This document shows, piece by piece, positions 17,548 to 26,775 of a stretch of DNA of 64,000 nt; within the stretch, counting starts at the first letter, position 1, and each line of letters begins with the position of its first letter. The notes under the pieces were generated by a model, which ran no database searches, was not told the origin of the DNA, and was given only the letters and a program-made list of their open reading frames with translations. The DNA comes from a virus (taxonomy: Duplodnaviria > Caudoviricetes): positions 1 through 64,000 of IMG/VR virus record IMGVR_UViG_3300033463_000073, one strand, 5' to 3'. The position numbers were made by a program, and so were the translations under genes.

Positions 17548-17671
17548 AATTTCTATTCGATTTTGTTAGTTATATGCGTCTCGTATTTATCCAAGTCATC
17601 AATACATTCAAAAGAATATAATCTACACCAACTTTTATCACATATATCTTCAAATATACACTTTCCCATAA

Positions 17672-18085
17672 TCACAACATTTTAAGTTCTTCTATTTCTT
17701 TTTCAGTATCAGAAACTTTTTTCTTAAAATAAGCAAGTTCTTGCTCTTTTTCTTTTATTTGAAGTTCTTTCACCTTACCATTCCATTCTAACCACTTTGC
17801 TTTAACGGAATCTCTAAATGTATAAAGAACAGCATATCTTTCAATGCTTTCAATATCGTCAGGATGGGTATCGAATTTTATTATAAAAGAAGGTGAAGAA
17901 CTAATATTACTGACTTGTAAATGAACTCTATCTTCATAATCTTCTGGATATTCTTTAATAAAGTCTTGTACTTCCCTATTTGTTATCCAATAAAATAACC
18001 AATGTTCTGTGTTTATAATATAGTTATAAATTTCTTTTTCTATTAAAGATATTTTTTCAATTATTTCTTTCACTTCCATAATCAC
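17672..18085 (-). CDS. hypothetical protein with C-terminal coiled coil
   Basis: 137 aa. Confidence 0.65.
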   Translation of the reverse strand: MIMEVKEIIEKISLIEKEIYNYIINTEHWLFYWITNREVQDFIKEYPEDYEDRVHLQVSNISSSPSFIIKFDTHPDDIESIERYAVLYTFRDSVKAKWLEWNGKVKELQIKEKEQELAYFKKKVSDTEKEIEELKML

Positions 18086-18462
18086 AGCAAATTTAATTCG
18101 TGTAACTTTAATATAAGTTCGTAACAGGCATCAACAAAATGCTCATACCTGTCAGTTTCTATACTTTCAAAATCCCCGTAAGGGTCTGTATATACAAGTT
18201 GGTATAAATCGTCTTCTTTATTAATTTCCAAGTAGACAGAATTACCGTCATCATCACACAACTCATAAGGGAATTGTTCAAGCAAACTGGCAAGACTCCA
18301 ACAGCCGCATAGTTCTTCTGGGTCTCCCTTTATTGGTATTGTTCTTGCAAAAGGTTTGCCTAAACCATTGCTAACCCAAGACATATCCGCACTTTCAAGT
18401 AGCAGTATTTCTGCCAGCTTACGACTTTGCTCAATAGTAGTATATGCTTTAATTGTTGCCAT
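18082..18462 (-). CDS. hypothetical protein (MATIKAYTTIEQS family)
   Basis: 126 aa. Confidence 0.7.
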   Translation of the reverse strand: MATIKAYTTIEQSRKLAEILLLESADMSWVSNGLGKPFARTIPIKGDPEELCGCWSLASLLEQFPYELCDDDGNSVYLEINKEDDLYQLVYTDPYGDFESIETDRYEHFVDACYELILKLHELNLL

Positions 18463-18474
18463 AGTTATTTCTTT

Positions 18475-18879
18475 TTAATACATTCCATCAGGTGCTTTCA
18501 ACGCCAATCCCATAGGAATAAGTCCTCGATAATCAAAGTGATGTTTATTATAAAAATCAATTTCAAATGCGGAAGAAGCAGCACTTATTATTGTATGACC
18601 AAGTTCTTCAGACTCCAAATGTTTAAGTTCGAGTTCAATCACCTGCTTAAACTCTTCTTCTTCTTCCTCAGTCATACTTGACATTGGACGAAGATATGGT
18701 TTAATATCAAATTGTTCTAATGAATATCCATTTTCGTGCATATAATCCCAAACTTCACCGCTAACAACGTCAATAGCACTTGGAATCATGTCGAATTGTT
18801 TATCCATATTAACAACGACCTCATATGACAACCTTGCCGAGAGGTCTTTAAGTAGTAATTCTTTATCTTCTTGTGCCAT
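18475..18879 (-). CDS. hypothetical protein (MAQEDKELLLKDL family)
   Basis: 134 aa; KPYLRPMSSMTEEE...HFDYRGLI. Confidence 0.75.
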   Translation of the reverse strand: MAQEDKELLLKDLSARLSYEVVVNMDKQFDMIPSAIDVVSGEVWDYMHENGYSLEQFDIKPYLRPMSSMTEEEEEEFKQVIELELKHLESEELGHTIISAASSAFEIDFYNKHHFDYRGLIPMGLALKAPDGMY

Positions 18880-18928
18880 AGTTATTTCTCTTTTAATTCA
18901 GTTCTAACTTTCTCTTTGTCTGTCATAA

Positions 18929-19210
18929 CTATTCCTCCATTGCTTTACATAATCCATCCCAAATATTAACTCTAATTGTTTTATTCTCTTTGGCATCAGG
19001 TATATAATATGGATAATATGTACTGTTCTCTTTTAACCAATCACACACCTTCTCAATATCCACCAGTCCCTTACGAGGATGAGAATCTGCCCATTCAGCC
19101 ATATCACATCCGATAGCAACCAAAGTTGATTTTGGGAGCGTTCCAACAGTAATATATGCCTTTTTAGCAAATTTATATGCTTCTGCTAATATTTCTTCTT
19201 TCCGTGTCAT
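18929..19210 (-). CDS. hypothetical protein
   Basis: 93 aa. Confidence 0.65.
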   Translation of the reverse strand: MTRKEEILAEAYKFAKKAYITVGTLPKSTLVAIGCDMAEWADSHPRKGLVDIEKVCDWLKENSTYYPYYIPDAKENKTIRVNIWDGLCKAMEE

Positions 19211-19452
19211 ACAGAATATCCTTTTAAGCCATGTTCTTTTGCATATTCATCATATCTCAACACTAAGTCAATAGGATTTGTATTGGAGTTTTCAAGGCAC
19301 TTGTCTTCAAGGATTGCTTCTTTGTACTCCTTGTATGTCCACGAGCACTTTCCTACAGCAGGAGCTCTCGTAACGACATCATCCTCACCGTGTATTTTGA
19401 GTTCTTGCTCAATCAGCTTTAAGGCAATTTGTCTTGCTTCTTCTCTTGTCAT
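19207..19452 (-). CDS. hypothetical protein
   Basis: 81 aa. Confidence 0.65.
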   Translation of the reverse strand: MTREEARQIALKLIEQELKIHGEDDVVTRAPAVGKCSWTYKEYKEAILEDKCLENSNTNPIDLVLRYDEYAKEHGLKGYSV

Positions 19453-19461
19453 AGAATGCTA

Positions 19462-20025
19462 TTATTTAATATTAACGTAGTCAATCAAAAGAATGTCGCT
19501 ATTGCTTCCTTGTTTTCGTATTTTGTGGTTCATGACCCTTGCATACAGCCACGGCCACCAAGCCAACCATTTGCATGACACGGAAGCGTAATTCTCCTCA
19601 CACGTCGGGTCGTTACCGAAGCGGTAGTCAACCTCCCAATTATATATATTACGTCCACACCAAAAGCGGATATGCTGGTATTCGGACGTGTTCACATAAC
19701 AGAAACTCTGGAAGAACGGCTTGGAAGGCTCATACTGCCCTTTTGTCCTTGCCTCGTGCAACACACGCACCATACAGTCGCCTTTTGAATCAAGAAACGC
19801 AAGGTCGTCCATCAATTGGCTTTCCGTTATGTCATATTCGACAATGCCGTGCGCAACCCTGAATTGCCATCTTTCCCACCTGACACGGAGGTCAAAGCAG
19901 CGGACACCGAGGTCATACTGCTCGCGTATGGTCTTGCTCTGGCATCTCGCTGTGAATGACAATGGCTTCATCCACCATTTCCTGACGGGGAGGTAGCTCC
20001 ATGAGTTATGTGAACCAAGTATCAT
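19462..20025 (-). CDS. PI-PLC X-domain (PLC-like phosphodiesterase) protein
   Basis: GSHNS, CQSKTIREQYDLGVRCFDLRV, VAHG catalytic His motifs. Confidence 0.85.
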   Translation of the reverse strand: MILGSHNSWSYLPVRKWWMKPLSFTARCQSKTIREQYDLGVRCFDLRVRWERWQFRVAHGIVEYDITESQLMDDLAFLDSKGDCMVRVLHEARTKGQYEPSKPFFQSFCYVNTSEYQHIRFWCGRNIYNWEVDYRFGNDPTCEENYASVSCKWLAWWPWLYARVMNHKIRKQGSNSDILLIDYVNIK

Positions 20026-20028
20026 ACG

Positions 20029-20412
20029 CTAATTCTTGTTTATATATATCGTGTCGTGTGCAATAACAGAGCCGCAGACGCCAGACTGCTTGTGCTTTAA
20101 TAGTTCGTACGCAAGACTGTCTCGTTGGTGCTCGTATGTCTTGGACTTGACTTTCAAGCTGACGCTGACCATAAGCCAGAAGATAGTCATCGCAGTAGCG
20201 ATGAGTGCGACAGACAGAAGTGGTCTCATGCGTATGATTTTCGCAAGGAACACACAAAGCTTATACAACGCTGTGGCTAATCCTGCGAATATAGCCACAA
20301 GAACGCTGAGAACGCCATTTATAAGCGTTCTGACAGCATTCTTCGTGTATTGCAGCCAACTATTAAGGTTGTCGAATAAAAAGCGCTCAGAGCCGATATT
20401 TGACATTTCCAT
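20029..20412 (-). CDS. membrane protein
   Basis: Two hydrophobic segments. Confidence 0.7.
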   Translation of the reverse strand: MEMSNIGSERFLFDNLNSWLQYTKNAVRTLINGVLSVLVAIFAGLATALYKLCVFLAKIIRMRPLLSVALIATAMTIFWLMVSVSLKVKSKTYEHQRDSLAYELLKHKQSGVCGSVIAHDTIYINKN

Positions 20413-20417
20413 GTGAT

Positions 20418-20624
20418 TTACGAGTCAAAGTTCTTGAATGCGCCTCCGTTCTTGACGAACTCGAGTATCTGGACTTGTAGGTACATCTTGTTGTTGTAGA
20501 CGTACGGCACAGACTTCTTGAACATCTTCTCGTACTCTTCGTCGACGAGAACGATGTGCTTCTTGAACCGCTTCTCCCTCTCAATCGCGCTGTGCGAGTG
20601 CAGATAATTTATTCCTTGGCTCAT
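20418..20624 (-). CDS. hypothetical protein
   Basis: 68 aa, coupled to recT. Confidence 0.6.
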   Translation of the reverse strand: MSQGINYLHSHSAIEREKRFKKHIVLVDEEYEKMFKKSVPYVYNNKMYLQVQILEFVKNGGAFKNFDS

Positions 20625-21481
20625 TTCTTCTTGTCTTTAGGTTTTTCTTCAGCTTCGTCGAAGTCGGCAAACTTGTCGGCAACTTCTTGCGCTTTCTGGG
20701 CATCGAGTACTTGCTGTTCAAAGTTGTCGTTGTCCATATAGTCGTACTTGTCGGCCTCGAACTGCACGCTCTGGTCAGCCTGTATTGCATCCTTCATCTC
20801 CACGCTCAAAGGCGCGTTCTTTGAGAGGTTCAGCTTAATTACGGTCTTCCTTGCCATGTCGTCAAAGTCTGTAGTCCACTTGCTTGACTGCTTTACGTTG
20901 TCGAACTTCGAGCGATAAGTCTGCGAGTAGCGTGCGGCGTGTGCCTGCATCTCTTCGAGAGACATATAGAACGTGGACTCAGCGCCATTGAGCAGGCGGA
21001 AGTACGATGCATATCCGATGGTCTTTGCTTTCGAGCGCTCGATGTCGTCTTCAATGAACTCAAAGACGCATTCTCCAGTCAGTCTGTTGCGGCTCTTCAG
21101 TTCTCCTTCCTTGATGTCTGTCGCCGTAGGGATGACCTTGAACTGACCGCTACGGAGGGCAAGCTGCTTGAATCCCTTGTATCCAAGCTGGAACTGGGCT
21201 ACCGTTATGCCTTTCTTGTTGTCTTTGTACGGAATGCAGTACGCGAATCCGAGCGAGTTCTCAAGCGGCAAGTCTAATGCCGTGGCTTTAAGCGCAGCGA
21301 ACATTACCGTCAAAGGCTGGCACTCTTGCAGTGCAGCGTTGTTTGCCACGAGAGCCGTGAGGTTGTTTACGAACGAGCCCTTACGCTCGCCTAATACGTC
21401 TGCCAAGTACTTCTGCGTGCTTGGGTTCGTAATGGTCTGGTTGAACAGCTGCAGACCAGTAGCTTTCTTTTCTTCTGCCAT
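20621..21481 (-). CDS. recT: RecT/Redbeta single-strand annealing protein
   Basis: LKATALDLPL...LGFAYCIPY...AQFQLGYKGFKQLALRSGQ...MARKTVIK. Confidence 0.9.
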   Translation of the reverse strand: MAEEKKATGLQLFNQTITNPSTQKYLADVLGERKGSFVNNLTALVANNAALQECQPLTVMFAALKATALDLPLENSLGFAYCIPYKDNKKGITVAQFQLGYKGFKQLALRSGQFKVIPTATDIKEGELKSRNRLTGECVFEFIEDDIERSKAKTIGYASYFRLLNGAESTFYMSLEEMQAHAARYSQTYRSKFDNVKQSSKWTTDFDDMARKTVIKLNLSKNAPLSVEMKDAIQADQSVQFEADKYDYMDNDNFEQQVLDAQKAQEVADKFADFDEAEEKPKDKKK

Positions 21482-21485
21482 AGTT

Positions 21486-21770
21486 TTATTCTTTTTTACG
21501 ATTTCCTACTACCTGTATGGCAAGCAATGAACCTGCCAAGTGCGTCATAAGTTTGTTGAACAATCCAACCATGTCTTCATTTTCCATGAAATCGGTTGAT
21601 GATAGGTTGAATTCAGTCTCGCCTTCTTTCAATTTCTGTTCAAGGTTTGAGAATGACAACAATTCTACCATTCCAGACTTGAAATCATTTTCATAGTTCT
21701 GTGTGATGTTTTCTACATTAGCGCGTTCATAGATGTAGCCGTCACTAACTTCAATGATGAATTTTGCCAT
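21486..21770 (-). CDS. hypothetical protein
   Basis: 94 aa. Confidence 0.65.
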   Translation of the reverse strand: MAKFIIEVSDGYIYERANVENITQNYENDFKSGMVELLSFSNLEQKLKEGETEFNLSSTDFMENEDMVGLFNKLMTHLAGSLLAIQVVGNRKKE

Positions 21771-21772
21771 AG

Positions 21773-22159
21773 TTATTCTTCTTTCTTGTTTTCACTTTCA
21801 ATAGAATCCACATAGCGCGTCAATGCGTCGATACACTTGTCTGGCAACTGCTTTGCCTTGTCATTGGACTTTATGTAGTCAATAGTGCCGCCAAGACCAT
21901 ATATTGCCATCAAGTCTTTTTCGGTAGGGGTCATTACAGCACCAAGCGTAAAGAAGACAAAGAACAAGATGAAAGACTTGATGTATTTCTTGCGTTGAAT
22001 GACATTCGTCTTGATGTCATCCATATCCACGTCGTCACCGATGATGATGAAGAAACAGAACACGGCAATGACAAATGCCACCGCAAGACAAAACCAAAAA
22101 CCTACGTTGAACAAAAACGAAATGTTTGCCAACCTTTGTAACCAATAAATCTCTGTCAT
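21773..22159 (-). CDS. membrane protein
   Basis: Two hydrophobic segments; PTEKDLMAIYG. Confidence 0.7.
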   Translation of the reverse strand: MTEIYWLQRLANISFLFNVGFWFCLAVAFVIAVFCFFIIIGDDVDMDDIKTNVIQRKKYIKSFILFFVFFTLGAVMTPTEKDLMAIYGLGGTIDYIKSNDKAKQLPDKCIDALTRYVDSIESENKKEE

Positions 22160-22173
22160 AATCTTTAATCGTT

Positions 22174-23154
22174 TTATTTGTTGTTGTCTTTAATCTTGAT
22201 TGATACGAAGCCTTTCTTGTTGACTTTCTTCTCATACTTCTCACGCATCTTCTTGTACAGCTTCGGATGGTCGTGTGCGTAGTCGTCGAGATAGCGCTTT
22301 GAGTCGAACTGAACCGATGTCGTCGGGTCAACGCGGGTTATGCTCCAAGAGTCGTTCTTGATGCTCTTGATGTTCTTGCTTTGAAGAAACTCATAGAGCT
22401 TCGCCTTAAAAGCCTCTACGGTCGCTTCTCGCTGCTTGATTTCAGTCAGCAGTGTAGTTATGCCATCGAACTCTTTCTGGACGTTCTCAGGCAGGTATTC
22501 ATAAGGCACAGACTCGTCTTCTGTGTAATACTGCAGCGTGTCCAAGAAATCGTCCACGATGTCCATTGCTTTTCCAAGGTCGTACTCTGCCTTCGAGAAG
22601 CGCACCTGCTTGACCGTAAGCCTCGAAGGGTCGAACTCGTGGTCGTTGTAATCGACTTCATTTGTGTCGTACACACACAGAAGCACCCTAACCGTATAGT
22701 TGCCGACCGTCTTTGCGAGTTCGTTTCCAACAAGCCAGTGATGAGCGAGCTGCCATCTGTACTCTTCACGTGCCTGCCTGAACGACAACTTCGTAGCCTT
22801 CGCCTCTGCAATGATAATGACTTTCTTCTCGTCGTCTTGAAGTAAATAGTCAACATGGTCTATGACGTTCACATTCTTTCGAGAGTACTTCGTGCTTGTA
22901 AGGCACGGGTTCGACTGCCACCTGTCGTCCTGAGACTTGAGCATACTGAATATCTCAAGCTCCATTCTGTCTCCAAACGCCATCGCAGGAGTGTAAACGT
23001 TATCATTCTCCACGAGACCTTTCACGATGGCCAGTCTCTTCACTGCAGACTTGGGCACGACTCCGAGCTCTGCAATCTGTTGCAGCATACGGGCGTCACT
23101 TGAGCCTAAATTACCCTTGCGACTCTGTTCAATGTCTAATTTGTATTCTTCCAT
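22174..23154 (-). CDS. YqaJ/lambda-exonuclease-like recombination nuclease
   Basis: RKGNLGSSDA, FGDRME, DHVD...AEAKAT PD-(D/E)xK; near recT. Confidence 0.75.
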   Translation of the reverse strand: MEEYKLDIEQSRKGNLGSSDARMLQQIAELGVVPKSAVKRLAIVKGLVENDNVYTPAMAFGDRMELEIFSMLKSQDDRWQSNPCLTSTKYSRKNVNVIDHVDYLLQDDEKKVIIIAEAKATKLSFRQAREEYRWQLAHHWLVGNELAKTVGNYTVRVLLCVYDTNEVDYNDHEFDPSRLTVKQVRFSKAEYDLGKAMDIVDDFLDTLQYYTEDESVPYEYLPENVQKEFDGITTLLTEIKQREATVEAFKAKLYEFLQSKNIKSIKNDSWSITRVDPTTSVQFDSKRYLDDYAHDHPKLYKKMREKYEKKVNKKGFVSIKIKDNNK

Positions 23155-23155
23155 T

Positions 23156-23521
23156 CTATTTATTGTTTTGTGAGTTTATTATCTCTTCGTCAGACTTAGT
23201 CTTTATGATATAGATTTCAATTCCGTTGACGGCGTTTGCAACAATCTCCTTGCCTTTAATCTCCTGCTTGAACGAAGACAGGAAACCGAAGATTATTACG
23301 TTGTCGCCAGTGTGTGCATTGACTTTCTCAAGGTACTTGATGACCGCAGGCTTGTAGCACATGACATTCAGGTTCTGCTCGAAGTTGTTGCTTGTAGACG
23401 TTGCTCCGTCCTTGTTGTGAATCAGTACGGGCATCCATATATACGTCTGGCCGTTGACAGTCTTGCCTTTCTTTATCACGCCGCCTATTCTGCCTACGAG
23501 AATCATCAAGTTCCTGTCCAT
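23156..23521 (-). CDS. ssb: single-stranded DNA-binding protein (OB fold)
   Basis: NLMILVGRIG...NLNVMCY...GDNVIIFGFLSS; start moved to MDRNL. Confidence 0.75.
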   Translation of the reverse strand: MDRNLMILVGRIGGVIKKGKTVNGQTYIWMPVLIHNKDGATSTSNNFEQNLNVMCYKPAVIKYLEKVNAHTGDNVIIFGFLSSFKQEIKGKEIVANAVNGIEIYIIKTKSDEEIINSQNNK

Positions 23522-23522
23522 A

Positions 23523-23726
23523 CTACTCTTCCACCGAGATTGTACACTCTCTGAACTGTCCCTTCTCGACAAACTGCATGAACTGCCTGTCACTTACGAT
23601 GCCGCCGCCGATGAACGTGCCGTCATCCCTCAGCTTCGGCTTGCTCGTGTAGAAATACAGTTCGCCGTTCCTGTCTCGTGCAACAAATGCCTTGACTTCG
23701 ATTCTCTTGTTTTCGTTCTTTTCCAT
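23523..23726 (-). CDS. hypothetical protein
   Basis: 67 aa; FVARDRNGELYFYTSKP. Confidence 0.7.
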   Translation of the reverse strand: MEKNENKRIEVKAFVARDRNGELYFYTSKPKLRDDGTFIGGGIVSDRQFMQFVEKGQFRECTISVEE

Positions 23727-23745
23727 AATTCTTTGAATTTTGCTA

Positions 23746-23753
23746 CAAAGTTA
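23746..23753 (-). promoter_or_regulatory. -7 element (TAACTTTG)
   Basis: TAnnTTTG 20 nt upstream of the ATG at 23726. Confidence 0.65.
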
Positions 23754-23807
23754 ATGATAATAATTTGAAATATTTAAAATATACACACTTATTAACGTAT
23801 TTAACGT

Positions 23808-24182
23808 TCAGTCACAACCGTACTTATCACACCATGCTTGCTTTGCATCCATGAAGTGTACGAGCTCTTCGTCCCACATAGCCTGCGTGTCTGTGTCAAA
23901 CACTGGAAGATACGAGTAGCTTATCCATTCCTCGTCGTGTCTGAGCGTGACAAGATGGTCTCTGTACTTCTTTGGCAGCATCTCCACAATCCTCTCCACG
24001 TAGTCGCCAGTAAGGTTGCACTGCCATGAAGAGTCGTCTGGCCGTATCTTGACCATGATGTAACTCCCGTCTTCGCTGAGTCCGTTCGGCTTGGTCTTGG
24101 TGCATCTGTCCATCCAAGGGCTCTCGATGCACGGCTGGTTGATGACCTGCTCGATATTCTTCTTCAGGATGTCTATGTTCAT
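23808..24182 (-). CDS. hypothetical protein
   Basis: 124 aa. Confidence 0.7.
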   Translation of the reverse strand: MNIDILKKNIEQVINQPCIESPWMDRCTKTKPNGLSEDGSYIMVKIRPDDSSWQCNLTGDYVERIVEMLPKKYRDHLVTLRHDEEWISYSYLPVFDTDTQAMWDEELVHFMDAKQAWCDKYGCD

Positions 24183-24391
24183 TCCGAAACCTCCTTACCT
24201 GTAAGTTTGACGTACTGCTCTTCAGTGAGCTTCGTGACGTTGATGATTGCGTATGACGTCGAGTTCTTGTCGTGGCACACGTCCATCAGCTCGTCCTTCG
24301 TCGGGAAGGATTCGAAAAAGCAGTTCACGTACTTGTTGTAGTTCGTAATGATGGTGAACAGCCAGTACTCTTTCTTTGTCTTCTTTGCCAT
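24179..24391 (-). CDS. hypothetical protein
   Basis: 70 aa. Confidence 0.65.
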   Translation of the reverse strand: MAKKTKKEYWLFTIITNYNKYVNCFFESFPTKDELMDVCHDKNSTSYAIINVTKLTEEQYVKLTGKEVSE

Positions 24392-24499
24392 AATCTTATG
24401 TTTTAATTGTTGTTTAATTGTTCGTTGTACAGTCTCACTGCGTCTTCCCAGCTGATAGTCGGACGCTTGGTTCTCGGCTCGAATGTCTTTGTCTCCATT

Positions 24500-24862
24500 T
24501 CAGGCGGCAAGTTTAAGTCCTACTCGATTCAGAGCGCCGACAATGCACGACAGCGTGTGCCTCCCTGAGTTGCGCATGCTGAGTATCTCGCGAGCGGTAA
24601 GGCGGGTGATGTCCTCGACAGTCTCGCAGTCAGCAGCCCTCAGACAGTTGATGGCACGCACGGTTACGAGGCTGTTGGTTGAGTACTTGAACATGAACTC
24701 CTTGACAGTCATTCCAACAATCTCCTGCGGCACAAGCGAGAACGGACTGACGGAACTGTCGTCTTTGCTGACGGCTTCCATGATTTCACACATGAGCTCC
24801 CGAGACCTTGCGAAGATTGTCTCGAGCTCGTTCATTTTCTCTAATAGCTGTTGTTTTGTCAT
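24500..24862 (-). CDS. RNA polymerase alpha C-terminal-domain-like protein
   Basis: TVRAINCLRAADCETVEDITRLTAREILSMRNSGRHTLSCIVGAL parallels the alpha-CTD consensus VRxxNCL...LL..KNFG.KSL.EI. Confidence 0.75.
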   Translation of the reverse strand: MTKQQLLEKMNELETIFARSRELMCEIMEAVSKDDSSVSPFSLVPQEIVGMTVKEFMFKYSTNSLVTVRAINCLRAADCETVEDITRLTAREILSMRNSGRHTLSCIVGALNRVGLKLAA

Positions 24863-24868
24863 AAGCGT

Positions 24869-25024
24869 TTATTTTGAGCTGTTACTTGACAAATCTATGA
24901 CGAGACACCTTTTGCCTGTGTCCTCGTTTATCTTGTATCCTCTTTCTTCTAAGACCTTCTCGTTCATATCGAACATCCATTCCCATACTTTCCGTTGTTC
25001 ATCAAGAATTTCTTTTTCGGTCAT
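24869..25024 (-). CDS. hypothetical protein
   Basis: 51 aa translated by hand, MTEKEILDEQ... Confidence 0.5.
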   Translation of the reverse strand: MTEKEILDEQRKVWEWMFDMNEKVLEERGYKINEDTGKRCLVIDLSSNSSK

Positions 25025-25302
25025 ATCCGTCTATTTTAAGTTGTTTTTTAATGTTATGTATTTTCTCGTGGCAATCACGGCAAAGAACTACCAATTCGCC
25101 CATGTTAAACACATCAAGTTTTGTTGGTATTACTTTTGTCTCCATAGCCTTGTTGTTTGTTTATTTATAAATTTGTTTGTATTTCTTCTATTATTTTACG
25201 TGCCTTATCTTCGCTGATACCTTTTTCTTTGGCTATCATCTTAACGGCTCGCTCGTTACATTCTTTTATTCCAGCAAGAATTTCTTCCATAGTCGTTATT
25301 TA

Positions 25303-26268
25303 TTAAAAATATTGTTCGCAAACAAAAAATTTTCTCGGAGAAAACTCCTTAAAATCAATTGTATTAAACAAACTTCGCTTGTTCGCCCAATGAGCCATGT
25401 CTTTCTGCCATTGAGGGATATTTTGTCGTGTAGTTGAGAAGTCTAAATATGGCTGAGCTGCGATTGTTATGCTTTGTAGTCTCTTTGGATTTTTAACTCT
25501 CTCCTGTTTATTTCTCTCCCACCAATAATGAGTTCTGTCGTAACACTCGTTGATGTCTCCCATCAAAATTGTGTACATAAAGAAATCTCCATTAAAACCA
25601 CACCGTGTGAGCTTGTCAATTACACGTTCACAATCTTTTATTTGAGCTTTTGTATCACAAGCAAACCTTATGCGACTATTTATCCACTTTATACGAGCCA
25701 ACACTTTTGCTATGTCGTCCGTCACCAGTCGTGCGTCCATTGCTTGATTGAAGTCAACACGATACTTTTTGTCAGCAATTTTGTTTAACTGCTCCATTCC
25801 ATAGTCACCAGCAGCAAGAATGTTGTTATCCATCAGTATGAGGTTTGTTCGACCATCAACTGCTATCTCATCAACGTCTTGGTACGGATGGATATAACCT
25901 TCTTTTTTTGGTACTATGCACCACGGACACTTGCGGATGCAACCGCGAGTAAGGAATCCGTAAGCGGTCTTTCCGTCAATGAACGGATAGATAGAGTAGT
26001 CTGGAATTATCTTCTCCGCTTTTTCTGGAAGACTACTTGTTACGTCGTACCCAGTTCCACCGCGAATTATTTCTTTAGCGTTTGGAATAATATGAAGATA
26101 GTCCATTGTGTGTGTAAACACTTTAGACATGTATACGATGTCATATTCTCCAACTATACTATACCACTCAACATTGTCACCGTTTGCTTTGTGGTAAGCA
26201 CTTAACTTCATCAAAGCAAGGTTTGGGAAATTCCCATGACCGTCTACGTCTATTAAACCAATATTCAT
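25303..26268 (-). CDS. radical SAM Fe-S protein
   Basis: RGCIRKCPWC CxxxCxxC, LMDNNIL, N-terminal NLALMKLSAYHK. Confidence 0.9.
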   Translation of the reverse strand: MNIGLIDVDGHGNFPNLALMKLSAYHKANGDNVEWYSIVGEYDIVYMSKVFTHTMDYLHIIPNAKEIIRGGTGYDVTSSLPEKAEKIIPDYSIYPFIDGKTAYGFLTRGCIRKCPWCIVPKKEGYIHPYQDVDEIAVDGRTNLILMDNNILAAGDYGMEQLNKIADKKYRVDFNQAMDARLVTDDIAKVLARIKWINSRIRFACDTKAQIKDCERVIDKLTRCGFNGDFFMYTILMGDINECYDRTHYWWERNKQERVKNPKRLQSITIAAQPYLDFSTTRQNIPQWQKDMAHWANKRSLFNTIDFKEFSPRKFFVCEQYF

Positions 26269-26279
26269 ATATACTATAC

Positions 26280-26720
26280 TGTTTATTCAACAACTGCTAC
26301 TGGAAGAGACCTTAGTTCCAGAGCGTAAGTTCCCCTTACACGCGAGACGAAAATCTCTCGTGAGGAACTTTTGCTCTGACTCCCTGCTGACTGTTGTCAA
26401 CCTTGAGTCCATCGGCACTTTGTGGATAATCACATTGTGCTGCGGAATATTTCTGCATTATCGCATACCTTGTCAACGTGTTCCGCTCGCAAAGTCACGT
26501 TTTGCCGTCTGGCTCCCGTTCGGCTCTCGGCATTGATACGGTGGGTTGTCCTCGTCTACCAAGCCCAGTGAAAATAGAGAAAGCCAACATACATAAATGA
26601 ACTATCCCCGTCAAGTAGGGCAGTTACTCAACAGGGAATCGTTGCTTATGATGTTGGCTAATTAAAGCCACCTTTTTGCTGTTATGTCCGCTATTCCAAG
26701 TACTGCCCACTTGTTTCACG
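26280..26720 (-). ncRNA. candidate structured leader/ncRNA (about 440 nt)
   Basis: No credible ORF on the transcribed strand; promoter at 26724; 13-bp and 9-bp helices and loop-leader complementarity. Confidence 0.55.
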
Positions 26721-26723
26721 GTG

Positions 26724-26731
26724 CAAATATA
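26724..26731 (-). promoter_or_regulatory. -7 element (TATATTTG)
   Basis: TAnnTTTG. Confidence 0.7.
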
Positions 26732-26775
26732 CGACCATATTTTATATATTCCAAATTTTATGGCAAAACTTTAAG

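Noticed and set aside
25000-25146. HNH endonuclease (LCRDCHEKIH)
   Set aside because: Only a C-terminal half-motif in a ~47-aa ORF; at most a remnant
26421-26429. Perfect DnaA box (TTATCCACA) as an origin
   Set aside because: A single 9-mer is expected about 0.5 times by chance in 64 kb on two strands; no cluster
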